32,866 nucleotides of DNA from NCBI GenBank assembly GCA_051893885.1, contig JBJFHS010000300.1:1-32866 (forward strand), in the 5' to 3' direction. The DNA is from Eubacteriales bacterium. Its GTDB lineage: Bacteria > Bacillota > Clostridia > Oscillospirales > CAG-272. The notes under the pieces are model-generated. The model did not search any database. It was not told the DNA's origin and saw only the letters and a program-made list of their open reading frames with translations. The position numbers and the translations under genes are program-made. Shown here one piece after another: positions 1 through 9,157 of the stretch. How positions within the stretch are numbered: the stretch's first letter is position 1; each line of letters starts with the position of its first letter.

Positions 1-108
1 GTTTTAAGCATAGCGGTTACATTTTTTATTCATGTTTTCACCCGTCATTTTCGCGCGGTATGGATAAAACGCACAAACAGCTTCTTCTCACAATCGTTAA
101 TTTGTAGT

Positions 109-137
109 ATTATATATTATTATCAACAATAAGTCAA
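109..137 (-). promoter_or_regulatory. sigma70/sigmaA-type promoter pointing out of the window to the left
   Basis: Minus strand reads TTGACT-17 nt-TATAAT; divergent from the radical SAM promoter. Confidence 0.7.
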
Positions 138-165
138 GTGCAAAACAGTTAATGCGCGCTTATTA

Positions 166-194
166 TTGACAAAACCGAAGCATTATTATATACT
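166..194 (+). promoter_or_regulatory. sigma70-type promoter of the radical SAM gene
   Basis: TTGACA-17 nt-TATACT, followed by a GGAGG RBS before ATG 225. Confidence 0.75.
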
Positions 195-224
195 ATCAGC
201 AAATGATAAACGGAGGAAAATGCC

Positions 225-1205
225 ATGAACACGCCGGTATATTCCGGAATAATAACAAATTACACCTGCACCGCAGCCTGCCGCCACTGTATGTTCGCCT
301 CGTCTCCCGAGCGTCCGAAGCAGTTTATCACGCCGGAGATGTCTGAGCGCACTGCCCGCATTCTGAGTAAGGCGAATACTTCATCGGTGCATATCGGCGG
401 AGGTGAGCCTTTTATCAATTTCCGCGCGCTGTGCTCACTTATCGAAAGCCTTAACCGATACGGTGTCGGAGTCGACTATATCGAAACCAACGCCTTCTGG
501 TGCTCGGACGACGAATTCACAAAAAAGAGGCTCAACCGGCTGAAGGAGCTTGGAGTGAATACCGTAATGGTGTCCGTCGACCCGTTCCACATCGAATTTG
601 TTCCGCTGGAGAGGCCGATTCGCCTGTGCCGTCTTCTGAGAGAAATGGGATTTGATTATTTCGTCTGGAAGGAGCGGTATCTGAGGCGTTTCCGCAGCTT
701 TGACTATACAAAAACCTATTCCGAAAAGGAGCTGTCCGAGCTGCTCGGCAGGGATTACATCACCGAAACGGCGGCGGAATACGGTGTCGGCATGAACGGA
801 CGCGCTCTCGGAATCGCAAAAAAAGCATATGATGAGCGGCCCGCCGAAGAATGGCTCACCTCCGCTCCATGCACCGACCTGCTCGAGCCGTGCCACTGCC
901 ACTTTGATTTGTACGGAAACGCGGTGCCGTCTGGATGTCCCGGACTCGCCATGGATGCAGAAGATTACCTGAACGGCGGCGTCTCAAGCGAAAAATACCC
1001 GGTTATGGCTCGGCTTTACACCGGAAGAACCGCGGAATTATATAAATATGCCCGCGAAAAAGGGTTCTCTCCCGCCAAAGAAGGATATCCGACCCGCTGC
1101 GCATTATGTTACGCAATGAGGCTGTACCTCGCGGAGAAAAATCCCACTCCCGACCTCGCGCCGTTGTGCTTTTACGATGATATGAAAAAACACGTGCAGT
1201 TCTGA
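225..1205 (+). CDS. Radical SAM protein (4Fe-4S), substrate unknown
   Basis: CxxxCxxC (CTAACRHC), GGGEPF and ETN motifs; extra C-terminal cysteines (SGCP, CALC) suggest an auxiliary cluster; GGAGG RBS. Confidence 0.85.
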   Translation: MNTPVYSGIITNYTCTAACRHCMFASSPERPKQFITPEMSERTARILSKANTSSVHIGGGEPFINFRALCSLIESLNRYGVGVDYIETNAFWCSDDEFTKKRLNRLKELGVNTVMVSVDPFHIEFVPLERPIRLCRLLREMGFDYFVWKERYLRRFRSFDYTKTYSEKELSELLGRDYITETAAEYGVGMNGRALGIAKKAYDERPAEEWLTSAPCTDLLEPCHCHFDLYGNAVPSGCPGLAMDAEDYLNGGVSSEKYPVMARLYTGRTAELYKYAREKGFSPAKEGYPTRCALCYAMRLYLAEKNPTPDLAPLCFYDDMKKHVQF

Positions 1206-1246
1206 ATCTGGCAAAAGCGGTGTCCGTATGGCGCGCAACAATGAAA

Positions 1247-1282
1247 AAAATCCCTTGAAATCGGTTGGAGTCAAGGGATTTT
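1247..1282. terminator. Bidirectional intrinsic terminator
   Basis: AAAATCCCTTGA...TCAAGGGATTTT 12-bp inverted repeat between convergent genes. Confidence 0.75.
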
Positions 1283-1339
1283 CGGTTTTATTGGTAATTT
1301 TATGAATTAAACGTTACGGCACGGATTTTTTTGAGAAGC

Positions 1340-2008
1340 TCAGCACCGCTCCATCACCATCGAGAGGCTTCGCGTAGTCAGGTTATGCACTCTCTGACTT
1401 ATCAAACGGGCGGCATCCTCATATTCGTTGACCGTCCACGCGGAAACTCCGATACCCGCCTCACGCAGCATCTCAATAAATCGCTCGGTAAGAACTTTGT
1501 AATTGGAATTCACCACATGAACGCCGTATTTTTTGCAGACGTCAATGATCTCCTCAGCCGCAGTGACGTCAAAATCGGGAACATCGCGGATTTTATCGTA
1601 CAAGTCTTTTACATATTCTTCCAGATTCAGATAAATCGTTATCGCGTCCTGCAGCTCGGGATGTTCGCGCAGCACCGCCACACTCACCGAACCCGAATAA
1701 ATAATACGCCCCTCAAAGCCGAACTCACGGACAAGAGAGAGCACATCAAGCTCCAGACCGCCGTTTTTCAAATCACAGTTTATCTGAATCCGCGGATTGC
1801 TCTTTGCGATTTCAAATGCCTCCCGCAGCGTTGGAACTTCCCTGCCGTCAAGGTCATGTGCGAGCACCAGTACGCCGTCCGGGTTTTTCCTTATATCAAT
1901 TTCAAACGCATCGGCATCTGACGCGGCGGCGTACCTTACAAACTCAAGGCTGTTGTCCGGCAATCTGTCCGCTCCGGTGTGCGCCGTAATCAGGGTTTTG
2001 TTTTTCAC
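1340..2008 (-). CDS. Glycerophosphodiester phosphodiesterase (GDPD family)
   Basis: ITAHTG, PDNS, FEIDIR, VLAHD, NCDLK and AWTVN motifs; GTG start with AGGAGG RBS. Confidence 0.85.
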   Translation of the reverse strand: MKNKTLITAHTGADRLPDNSLEFVRYAAASDADAFEIDIRKNPDGVLVLAHDLDGREVPTLREAFEIAKSNPRIQINCDLKNGGLELDVLSLVREFGFEGRIIYSGSVSVAVLREHPELQDAITIYLNLEEYVKDLYDKIRDVPDFDVTAAEEIIDVCKKYGVHVVNSNYKVLTERFIEMLREAGIGVSAWTVNEYEDAARLISQRVHNLTTRSLSMVMERC

Positions 2009-2050
2009 AGCTTTATTCCTCCTGCTGTCTTTTCGGTATTGTGTGAAGTT

Positions 2051-3046
2051 TTATTTAAAATACTCTTTCGCCGTTTCAATCAGGGCAATCAGATTTTCGT
2101 AGGAAACATCCGGCATTATTTCCTGAGACGGAGAGGTTATGTATCCGTTGTTCTGATTCATGATGCCGATTACCCGTCTTGTCTCCTCACGAACTTCATC
2201 GGGCGTACCCATCGGCAGAACCGTCTGCGTACTGATGGCTCCCCAGAAAGTCAGCTTTGAACCGAATCTGTCCTGCAGCATATTGAGGTCCATGCACTCC
2301 GGCTGTACGGGATTCAGAACGTCGAGCCCCATTTCACAGAGGTCGGGGATAATCGCGTCGATCTTTCCGCAGGAGTGTACAAACACATCCTTTTTCATGG
2401 AATGCACCAGATCATACTCCCTCTGTTCACCGCCCTTTATCAGCTCACGCCATACGGCAGGCGACATCAGCATTCCGCGCTGTGTTCCCCAGTCAGAACC
2501 TAAAAGAATACCGTCTATGTGAGGAGAGGTGAGGATATTCTCAAGCATTACAATGTTCTTGCGGATGATCATATCGAGCAGCTCCTTGGAAAATTCCGGC
2601 GCTCCGGCAAGGTCGGCGAGGAAATTCTCAAGCCCTCTCGCAAAATACGCCTTTTCAAAGTGGCTGCCGAAAATCGTCACCAGCAGATAAACGTCATAAT
2701 TTTCTTTGATGTACCTGTAGTGCTCAAACGAATTTTCGTAGCTTCCGTATCCGACGGTGTACGGCAGAGCTGAGGGAGCCTCCTCTGTGGTGTAATCCTC
2801 GGGATAGGAGTGCCAGCCCCACCACGGACACCCCACGTTCAGAACACAGTTCCCGATTGCCAGAGAATACGCTTCGGATATATTCAGTCTGCCGTTTGCT
2901 AAATCCGTTTTTATCCGGTCGCCGGCGTAATTGTCAATCAGCTTCTGAGCGTATTTATCTATGCCCTCGCCCGAAAGATTTATGGCATATGGTACCACAG
3001 GCTGCGCTTTGTGTGCGATTGCGTTTTTAACTGCTTCGTATCTCAT
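2051..3046 (-). CDS. URO-D/MtaA-CmuA family protein (putative corrinoid-dependent methyltransferase), paralog 1
   Basis: RGLENFL, GSDWGTQ, FVHSCG, LNPVQPECMD, FWGAISTQ, GTPDEV motifs; no HemE RQAGR motif; GAAAGGA RBS. Confidence 0.85.
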   Translation of the reverse strand: MRYEAVKNAIAHKAQPVVPYAINLSGEGIDKYAQKLIDNYAGDRIKTDLANGRLNISEAYSLAIGNCVLNVGCPWWGWHSYPEDYTTEEAPSALPYTVGYGSYENSFEHYRYIKENYDVYLLVTIFGSHFEKAYFARGLENFLADLAGAPEFSKELLDMIIRKNIVMLENILTSPHIDGILLGSDWGTQRGMLMSPAVWRELIKGGEQREYDLVHSMKKDVFVHSCGKIDAIIPDLCEMGLDVLNPVQPECMDLNMLQDRFGSKLTFWGAISTQTVLPMGTPDEVREETRRVIGIMNQNNGYITSPSQEIMPDVSYENLIALIETAKEYFK

Positions 3047-3289
3047 AATTGCTTCCTTTCGATTTTATCGTTTGCCTGTCTCACGACTGTGCGTACATAC
3101 TTCTCACTGTACGTACTTCTCTGCCTTATTATAGCATATTTTTTAATTATTGCACATTTTTTTGCGGATTTGTCTGAATTTTACCGCGCGCAAAACAAAA
3201 CTGACACCGTTTTTTTTTACGATGCCAGTTCGTTTTTTGATTTTATTGCTTATTTTTTTGTGCTGTAGGTCTGTTTCCGCTCTTTACTA

Positions 3290-4435
3290 TCACATAAGGC
3301 TGCGGTAGAGAGCTTCGATGTCCTCAACACTGGTCTCGCGCGGGTTGCCGGGTCTGCAGGCGTCGTTGTATGCGTCGATGGACATCTGGTGAACGTCCTC
3401 TTCCTTTGCAACGCCCTTGAGAGTGCACTGGATTCCCACGTCCTCTGCGAGCTTTGCTACAGCGTCGACTGCGGCTTTGCGGTATTCCTCCTGAGTCATG
3501 CCGTCAACTCCCTCAACACCCATGGCGCGGGCGATTTCACGGTATTTTTCACCGGTGCAGGGCGCGTTGTATGCCATAACTGCCGGAAGGAGAGTAGCGC
3601 AGGCTTTTCCGTGCGGCATATCGTAATAAGCGGACAGAGTGTGAGCCATGGAGTGGTCAACGCCGAGTCCCACATTGGAGAAGCCCATTCCGGCTATGTA
3701 CTGACCGAGAGCCATTCCGTCGCGTCCTTCGGGTGTGTTGTTCACTGCACCGCGGAGAGAACGGGAGATAACCTCGATTGCCTTGAGGTGGAACATATCC
3801 GAAAGTTCCCATGCGCCGAGAGTGATGTATCCCTCGATTGCGTGAGTCAGAGCGTCCATACCTGTAGCGGCGGTCAGACCCTTCGGCATTGTCGACATCA
3901 TATCGGGGTCAACTACGGCCACAACGGGAATGTCATGGGCGTCAACGCATACGAATTTGCGCTTCTTCTCTACATCTGTAATAACGTAGTTGATGGTAAC
4001 CTCAGCTGCGGTGCCGGCGGTGGTGGGAACTGCGATTATCGGAACGCACGGATTCTTTGTGGGAGCAACGCCCTCAAGTGAGCGAACGTCTTCAAATTCG
4101 GGGTTGGCGATAATTATGCCGATGGCCTTTGATGTGTCGATGGAAGAACCTCCGCCGATAGCCACGATGCAGTCAGCCTGAGCAGCCTTGAATGCAGCCA
4201 CGCCGTTCTGTACGTTTTCGATGGTCGGGTTCGGCTTGATGTCGGAATAAACAACATAAGGGATGCCGGCCTTGTCAAGGAGATCGGTCACTTTAGCAGT
4301 TACGCCGAACTTAATGAGGTCCGGGTCTGAAGCAACGAACGCTTTCTTAAATCCGCGGGCATTGATTTCGGTTACGATGGCGGAAATTGCACCTGCGCCG
4401 TGATAAGAAGTTTCGTTGAGCATAAAACGATTCAT
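3290..4435 (-). CDS. fucO: Lactaldehyde reductase (iron-containing alcohol dehydrogenase)
   Basis: N-terminus MNRFMLNETSYHG, GGGSSID, PTTAGTAAEVT, DALTHAIEGY, HSMAH, PHG and GNPR motifs typical of FucO; ATG 4435 fits the AAGGTG RBS (track starts at 4444). Confidence 0.9.
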   Translation of the reverse strand: MNRFMLNETSYHGAGAISAIVTEINARGFKKAFVASDPDLIKFGVTAKVTDLLDKAGIPYVVYSDIKPNPTIENVQNGVAAFKAAQADCIVAIGGGSSIDTSKAIGIIIANPEFEDVRSLEGVAPTKNPCVPIIAVPTTAGTAAEVTINYVITDVEKKRKFVCVDAHDIPVVAVVDPDMMSTMPKGLTAATGMDALTHAIEGYITLGAWELSDMFHLKAIEVISRSLRGAVNNTPEGRDGMALGQYIAGMGFSNVGLGVDHSMAHTLSAYYDMPHGKACATLLPAVMAYNAPCTGEKYREIARAMGVEGVDGMTQEEYRKAAVDAVAKLAEDVGIQCTLKGVAKEEDVHQMSIDAYNDACRPGNPRETSVEDIEALYRSLM

Positions 4436-4467
4436 TGGATTCACACACCTTTCGATTAATTTATTAT

Positions 4468-4496
4468 ATTATAGCGCATCTTTACAGCAATTTCAA
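4468..4496 (-). promoter_or_regulatory. sigma70-type promoter of fucO
   Basis: Minus strand TTGAAA-17 nt-TATAAT. Confidence 0.65.
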
Positions 4497-4553
4497 TGAA
4501 AATTTGTGAATTTTACAGAGAATTTTCGGCAATACGCGCGATGTTTAGTTTTT

Positions 4554-5120
4554 TTACATCACCGATTCACCGAGCAAACTCAGCTCAGTTATGGATATGC
4601 CGGATTTATGTCTGTCCGCTCCGATAAAATATCCTTTTGCCGCTAACTTATCGAATACTTCGCCTATCAGGGTTACGTCGTCGTGTTCGTTCATTAAAAT
4701 ATCGTCAGGCTTAATGTTTCCGGCATCCGATAAAGCGGCAAACGAAGAAAATATAAAATACCTTTCCCGATATTTCAGAACTCCGTGGGAAGACGCATTA
4801 CTCATATCAGTATTTTCATCCGACAAATCAAAAAATTCCTCTTCCTTTATGTCCGAAAAATACTCTGTTTTGCTGCAATAATAATTGAGCTGCGAGATTA
4901 CGGTTTTACAATCGACAGAAGGCATGACAATAAAATTGGGCGCAATCCGCAGATATTCATTATTTTCGGAGTTTTTATAATCGTTCAGAAGCATAATAAA
5001 CCTGTCTGCGGAAATTATTTTGATTTTATAAAATGAATCCTTTATTCTGACAACAACCGTGCGCTGTCCCCTGACTTCAGTTTCTGCCTCATTATTTTTT
5101 ACGAATGAATATATTTCCAT
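4554..5120 (-). CDS. Hypothetical protein (~188 aa), AT-rich
   Basis: Open frame; ATG 5120 (MEIYSFVKN) follows a GAAAGGGA RBS and avoids overlap with the upstream gene (track starts at 5249). No recognised motif. Confidence 0.55.
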   Translation of the reverse strand: MEIYSFVKNNEAETEVRGQRTVVVRIKDSFYKIKIISADRFIMLLNDYKNSENNEYLRIAPNFIVMPSVDCKTVISQLNYYCSKTEYFSDIKEEEFFDLSDENTDMSNASSHGVLKYRERYFIFSSFAALSDAGNIKPDDILMNEHDDVTLIGEVFDKLAAKGYFIGADRHKSGISITELSLLGESVM

Positions 5121-5200
5121 TAAGCATTCTTCCCTTTCATCGGCTCCGGTTTTTTCGGCAATCCGCGCGATGTTTCCGATGAATTCAATGCTGCCGTCAT

Positions 5201-5642
5201 TCAATCCTCGGGAACCATGCGCCATTTTATTTTTTTGCAGGATATCCATGTGGTTTTGCTCTGTTCCGACGGTGCTGCTTCAGGATCAAATCTGCCGCAG
5301 GTAGACCAATAATAAATATCGTTTGATTTAAATACCGCGCCCTCAAATATCTCGCACGAATAGTCACGCGGCGCCGGCAAAAAACTGATCTGCAAAGGCT
5401 CCTCAAATAAAATTTCAAACCGCCGGCAGTTTTTTATTCTGGCTGTTGAATCTGACTGTTAATTCGTTGGTCAGATTGACGGCGCGCATATTCAGGTTTT
5501 TATCCACAAACGCACCGCTCCTGTAATACATTTCCTCAATGCAGCTGTCGTGAAAATAATTGCACTGCCCGAGAAAATCTTCTATATCGTTTTCGTTTTC
5601 AATCCGTATCCAATCCGCATCTTTTTCGTGTATGATATTCAT
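5201..5642 (-). pseudogene. Frameshifted hypothetical gene (~146 aa if one base is removed)
   Basis: ORF 5415-5642 (GGAGGG RBS) and the frame of ORF 5201-5395 join into one protein by deleting one base near 5417-5435; total span 442 nt = 3n+1. Confidence 0.65.
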
Positions 5643-5669
5643 TTTCCCTCCGTATAAAAGCAAATTCTA

Positions 5670-5698
5670 TTGCACATTATCTTAAAATATGTTATTAT
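5670..5698 (+). promoter_or_regulatory. sigma70-type promoter of the acyl-CoA synthetase
   Basis: TTGCAC-17 nt-TATTAT with extended -10 TG. Confidence 0.55.
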
Positions 5699-5779
5699 AT
5701 GTACTAAGAATAAAGTAAGCTGCATCAATTCCAGTATGTATCCGGCCGTAAAAAAATACATTAAAAAGGAAAAAAATAT

Positions 5780-7507
5780 ATGAATCTCAAAAATCGAAGT
5801 TCAAACTACCCAATGTATGAAACCACCCATTTTGACAACATCCGCACCATGGTCGAAAATGTCGCCGGTAAATATCCGGAGCGCAACGCTTTTACATATC
5901 GGAGAAATCCTCACGGCGATGTGCTTCACATGACCTATCGCGAGTCCGAGGAGTTTGTCCGCGACCTTGCAACTGCATTATCCGCCCGCGGAGCCGAAAA
6001 ACAGACTATTGCCCTGTTGGGAGAGTCCTCAGTCGAATGGATCCACACCTACTTTGCCGCCATGACAATCGGTGCGGTTACCGTTCCGATCGACAAAGAC
6101 CTGCCGGTTTCGGACATTATCTCGATTATGAATACGTCGGAGTGCAAATTCGTGTTCTATTCTGCCTCAATACAGGACAAAATGGACGAAATACTCAAGT
6201 CTGTTCCGTCCATTGAGACAAAGGTGATTCTGAACTGGGACTATGAGGGTGAGGATTTATCCGTAAACTCCCTTCGAAATGAAGGAAAGGCGCTGTTTGA
6301 GGGCGGAAACCGTCAGTATTTCGACTATCAGATTGACAACGAAGCAGTTGCATCCATCGTTTTCACATCGGGAACGACCGGCAAAGGAAAAGGCGTCATG
6401 CTTTCTCAGAAGAATATCTGCTCCGACATGGAACAGGGTATGTACAACTTCCAGATAACATACCGCTCGATGCTGCTGATTCCGCTTCACCATACGTTCG
6501 GCTCAACGGTAAACCTTATCGGCCACTATTCGCAGGGCTGTGAGCTGTATATCTCGTCAGGTCTGAAGTATCTTTTAAAGGAACTGCAGGAATTCAAGCC
6601 CACACACCTGATACTGGTACCGCTGTTCGTGGATACGTTCTATAAAAAGATAATCAACACCGCCGAGAAAAAGGGTCAGCTGAAGCAGCTTTACAAACTG
6701 ATTGAATTATCCAACAGCATGAGAAAAGTCGGAATCGATCTCAGAAAGTTTTTATTCAGGTCCGTTACCGCAGCTTTCGGAGGAGAAGTGGAGATGATCA
6801 TCTGCGGCGGAGCGAACCTCAACCAGAGCATCATTGACTTCTTCGACGGAATCGGAATCGTCATTTTAAACGGATACGGCATTACGGAATGTGCTCCGCT
6901 GATATCCTGCAACCGAAACTGCTGCCGCCACGATGGCTCGGTTGGTATGCCGATTGTCGGAGGTGAGGTAAAAATCATCGACCCCGATGAAAACGGTGAG
7001 GGTGAAATTGCATATCGCGGCCCGAACGTAATGCTGGGATACTACAAAAACAAAGAAGCGACCGACGCCGCCATTGACAGCGATGGATTCTTCCACACCG
7101 GGGACTACGGCAAAATCGTTCAGTACGGAGATGACCCGTGGATCTACATCACCGGAAGACTTAAAAACCTCATCATCTTCTCAAACGGCAAAAACGTCTA
7201 TCCCGAGGAGCTTGAAACCGATGTTCAGGGAATCTACGGAGTCAGCGAGGTCGTGGTTTATGCGGGTGAAAGCAGAACAAGCCCTCAGAAAGAGGTCATT
7301 GTCGCCGAAATATTCCCGGACTACGAGGCTTTACAGCTGCGCGGAATTACCGACGTCGCAAAGTATTTCAACGGGGAAATCAAGAAAATCAATCAGAAGA
7401 ATGTCTCATACAAGTCGATCGGTCTGGTAAAAATCAGAGAAAACGAGTTTCCGAAGAACACTTCCAAAAAAATCACCAGATACAACCTCGACAAGAGCAT
7501 CGACTGA
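5780..7507 (+). CDS. Long-chain fatty acid--CoA ligase (AMP-binding family)
   Basis: FTSGTTGKGKGVML P-loop, NGYGITEC, GEIAYRGPNVMLGYY, FHTGDYG, ITGRLKNLII and C-terminal KNTSKK. Confidence 0.9.
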   Translation: MNLKNRSSNYPMYETTHFDNIRTMVENVAGKYPERNAFTYRRNPHGDVLHMTYRESEEFVRDLATALSARGAEKQTIALLGESSVEWIHTYFAAMTIGAVTVPIDKDLPVSDIISIMNTSECKFVFYSASIQDKMDEILKSVPSIETKVILNWDYEGEDLSVNSLRNEGKALFEGGNRQYFDYQIDNEAVASIVFTSGTTGKGKGVMLSQKNICSDMEQGMYNFQITYRSMLLIPLHHTFGSTVNLIGHYSQGCELYISSGLKYLLKELQEFKPTHLILVPLFVDTFYKKIINTAEKKGQLKQLYKLIELSNSMRKVGIDLRKFLFRSVTAAFGGEVEMIICGGANLNQSIIDFFDGIGIVILNGYGITECAPLISCNRNCCRHDGSVGMPIVGGEVKIIDPDENGEGEIAYRGPNVMLGYYKNKEATDAAIDSDGFFHTGDYGKIVQYGDDPWIYITGRLKNLIIFSNGKNVYPEELETDVQGIYGVSEVVVYAGESRTSPQKEVIVAEIFPDYEALQLRGITDVAKYFNGEIKKINQKNVSYKSIGLVKIRENEFPKNTSKKITRYNLDKSID

Positions 7508-7551
7508 TACCAAATCAGCTTAACGGAGCCGCAGAAAGCCGCCTATGCAGA

Positions 7552-8913
7552 TTACCTGCCGGACGGGCCGATATAGATGATTGAATCAATCTCACCCTTA
7601 GCGGTGGAATTTCCGTCGCTGTTGACGTCGTCGAACTCAATAGTGCGGACAAGCCCGTCATAGTTTTCCGGCACGGCTCCGTTGACTCTGATGTTCTTCA
7701 TTTCGAGACAGCCGACCTTGCTGCTCAGGTATGGGTCGAATACCTCATGGTCCCCGCTGCGAATTGATTTCGGGCCTACGCAGACCAGATAGGAATAGGG
7801 GAATCTCTCTTTATACAGCGTCAGGTCGATGTTTTCAAAGCAGATGTAGCCGATATTGGAGCCGATTTCAAATCCCGCAAAGCTGCCGCGCACCGGGTCG
7901 GAGTTGACATACGGGCCGAAGGTGTCAATTGGCTCGCATAAATCAACGGTAATGTCCTCGAAGAACAGGTTGTCCGCAGAACCGACTCCACCTCTTTCCG
8001 GCGCGGTGCCAATCTTATAAGCCGGCGTCTGGAAATACATCTTGAAGGTGCGGATTCCCCTGACGTTTTTGATGATGGCGTCATACAGCGCGCAGTCAAC
8101 AGTTGAGCCGTCGTCATAGGTGTACAGTCCGGGTTCGATTCGGAGCGCCTTATACGGACTTGACGGTGCCTGATCGAGGTCCTCGCAGAGAACGGTGCGC
8201 GTTGGGCCGAAGTTATAGGAGGACATCTGCCAGTCGTACACGTTCAGCGCGACAAGGTCATCCCCTACCTCACCGCTGATGTGGCGCGCGACGATGTTTT
8301 CGCTGTTTCCGTTCAGGTGCAGGCCGTCCGCGTAGCACTTGTCAAACCGAATATTTTCAAACAGCCCGTCCTTCAAATCCCCCGTCTGAACCGCAAAGCC
8401 TGCCATGTGCTTAAACGTCATGTCGGTCAGGGTCAGCGATTCTATATTTGTAAACAGCATATTGGCGTGGTATTTTTCATCGGGACAGCCGCAGCGGGAA
8501 GAAGCCGATTCCTCCCAGATGCCGCCGGTTATTGAGATGTTGACGTCACGGTCGGCGGTATCAATGGGGGCGTGTGTGCCGTCCTTCATGTGTTCGTTTT
8601 GCAGCATAGTCATCAGAATACCGGGAAGTTGGCGGATGATGGCGCCGTCCGCTTCAATCCGTCTGTTGGAAGGAATGATGACAGTTCTGTCAATCAGGTA
8701 CGGCGTGTCTGAGGCTGGAATTACGATGATTTCGTGCTCGTTCAGCGCGCTCTGCAATGCGTCAGTCCAGATTTCCCCCGATTCGCCCGTTCTGACAAGG
8801 CTGCGGTAGTCGGTGAGAGAAATCCGGTCGCTCAACGCCGCAATTTTCTCAGCGTTGGACGATTCCATTGATGATAGTTTTTCATAAATCGACTGCTTGA
8901 TGTGCTCGTTCAT
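7552..8913 (-). CDS. Pectin-lyase-like parallel beta-helix protein (putative glycoside hydrolase/lyase)
   Basis: N-terminal WTDALQSAL...IVIP...YLI..TVIIPSN pattern, ADGLHLNG and GDDLVALN motifs, repeated ENI/KNI strands; AAGGAGG RBS; no signal peptide. Confidence 0.65.
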   Translation of the reverse strand: MNEHIKQSIYEKLSSMESSNAEKIAALSDRISLTDYRSLVRTGESGEIWTDALQSALNEHEIIVIPASDTPYLIDRTVIIPSNRRIEADGAIIRQLPGILMTMLQNEHMKDGTHAPIDTADRDVNISITGGIWEESASSRCGCPDEKYHANMLFTNIESLTLTDMTFKHMAGFAVQTGDLKDGLFENIRFDKCYADGLHLNGNSENIVARHISGEVGDDLVALNVYDWQMSSYNFGPTRTVLCEDLDQAPSSPYKALRIEPGLYTYDDGSTVDCALYDAIIKNVRGIRTFKMYFQTPAYKIGTAPERGGVGSADNLFFEDITVDLCEPIDTFGPYVNSDPVRGSFAGFEIGSNIGYICFENIDLTLYKERFPYSYLVCVGPKSIRSGDHEVFDPYLSSKVGCLEMKNIRVNGAVPENYDGLVRTIEFDDVNSDGNSTAKGEIDSIIYIGPSGR

Positions 8914-9000
8914 GATTTATACCTCCTTGATTTGCATCGGAAAAATGCTCTTTTATCTGACAGTCAGCGTGAAAATCAATGATTTATACATATTTTTTGT

Positions 9001-9030
9001 ATTATAACACAGCCGATATTGCCCTGTCAA
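9001..9030 (-). promoter_or_regulatory. sigma70-type promoter of the beta-helix gene
   Basis: Minus strand TTGACA-18 nt-TATAAT with extended TG. Confidence 0.7.
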
Positions 9031-9078
9031 GAAAAGGTATATCCCCCCGCACGATTGAAATTTTCTCAAAAAAGTGTT

Positions 9079-9111
9079 AAAAACCGTACAGCGCTCTGCC
9101 ATACGGTTTTT
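9079..9111 (-). terminator. Intrinsic terminator of the sulfatase/URO-D operon
   Basis: AAAAACCGTA...TACGGTTTTT inverted repeat ~45 nt past the stop at 9158. Confidence 0.65.
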
Positions 9112-9157
9112 CTTGACGGACGATATTCCTTCAGTTAAGTTATTTATTCGCTTTTTA

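Noticed and set aside
1-50. Start of a minus-strand gene at the left edge
   Set aside because: The frame with ATGs at 48 and 33 stops at TAA within the window and the ATG at 11 has no RBS; cannot be supported.
225-1205. Radical SAM protein as the anaerobic sulfatase-maturating enzyme for the sulfatase
   Set aside because: Lacks the anSME CNLxCxYC context and full 7-Cys SPASM motif; 9 kb away and separately transcribed.
4504-4521. Rex operator upstream of fucO (TTGTGAA half-site)
   Set aside because: The second half-site (TTCACAA) is absent.
5403-5417. Selenocysteine/readthrough at the TGA ending ORF 5415-5642
   Set aside because: A second in-frame TGA follows three codons later; the continuation is in another frame, so a frameshift explains it better.
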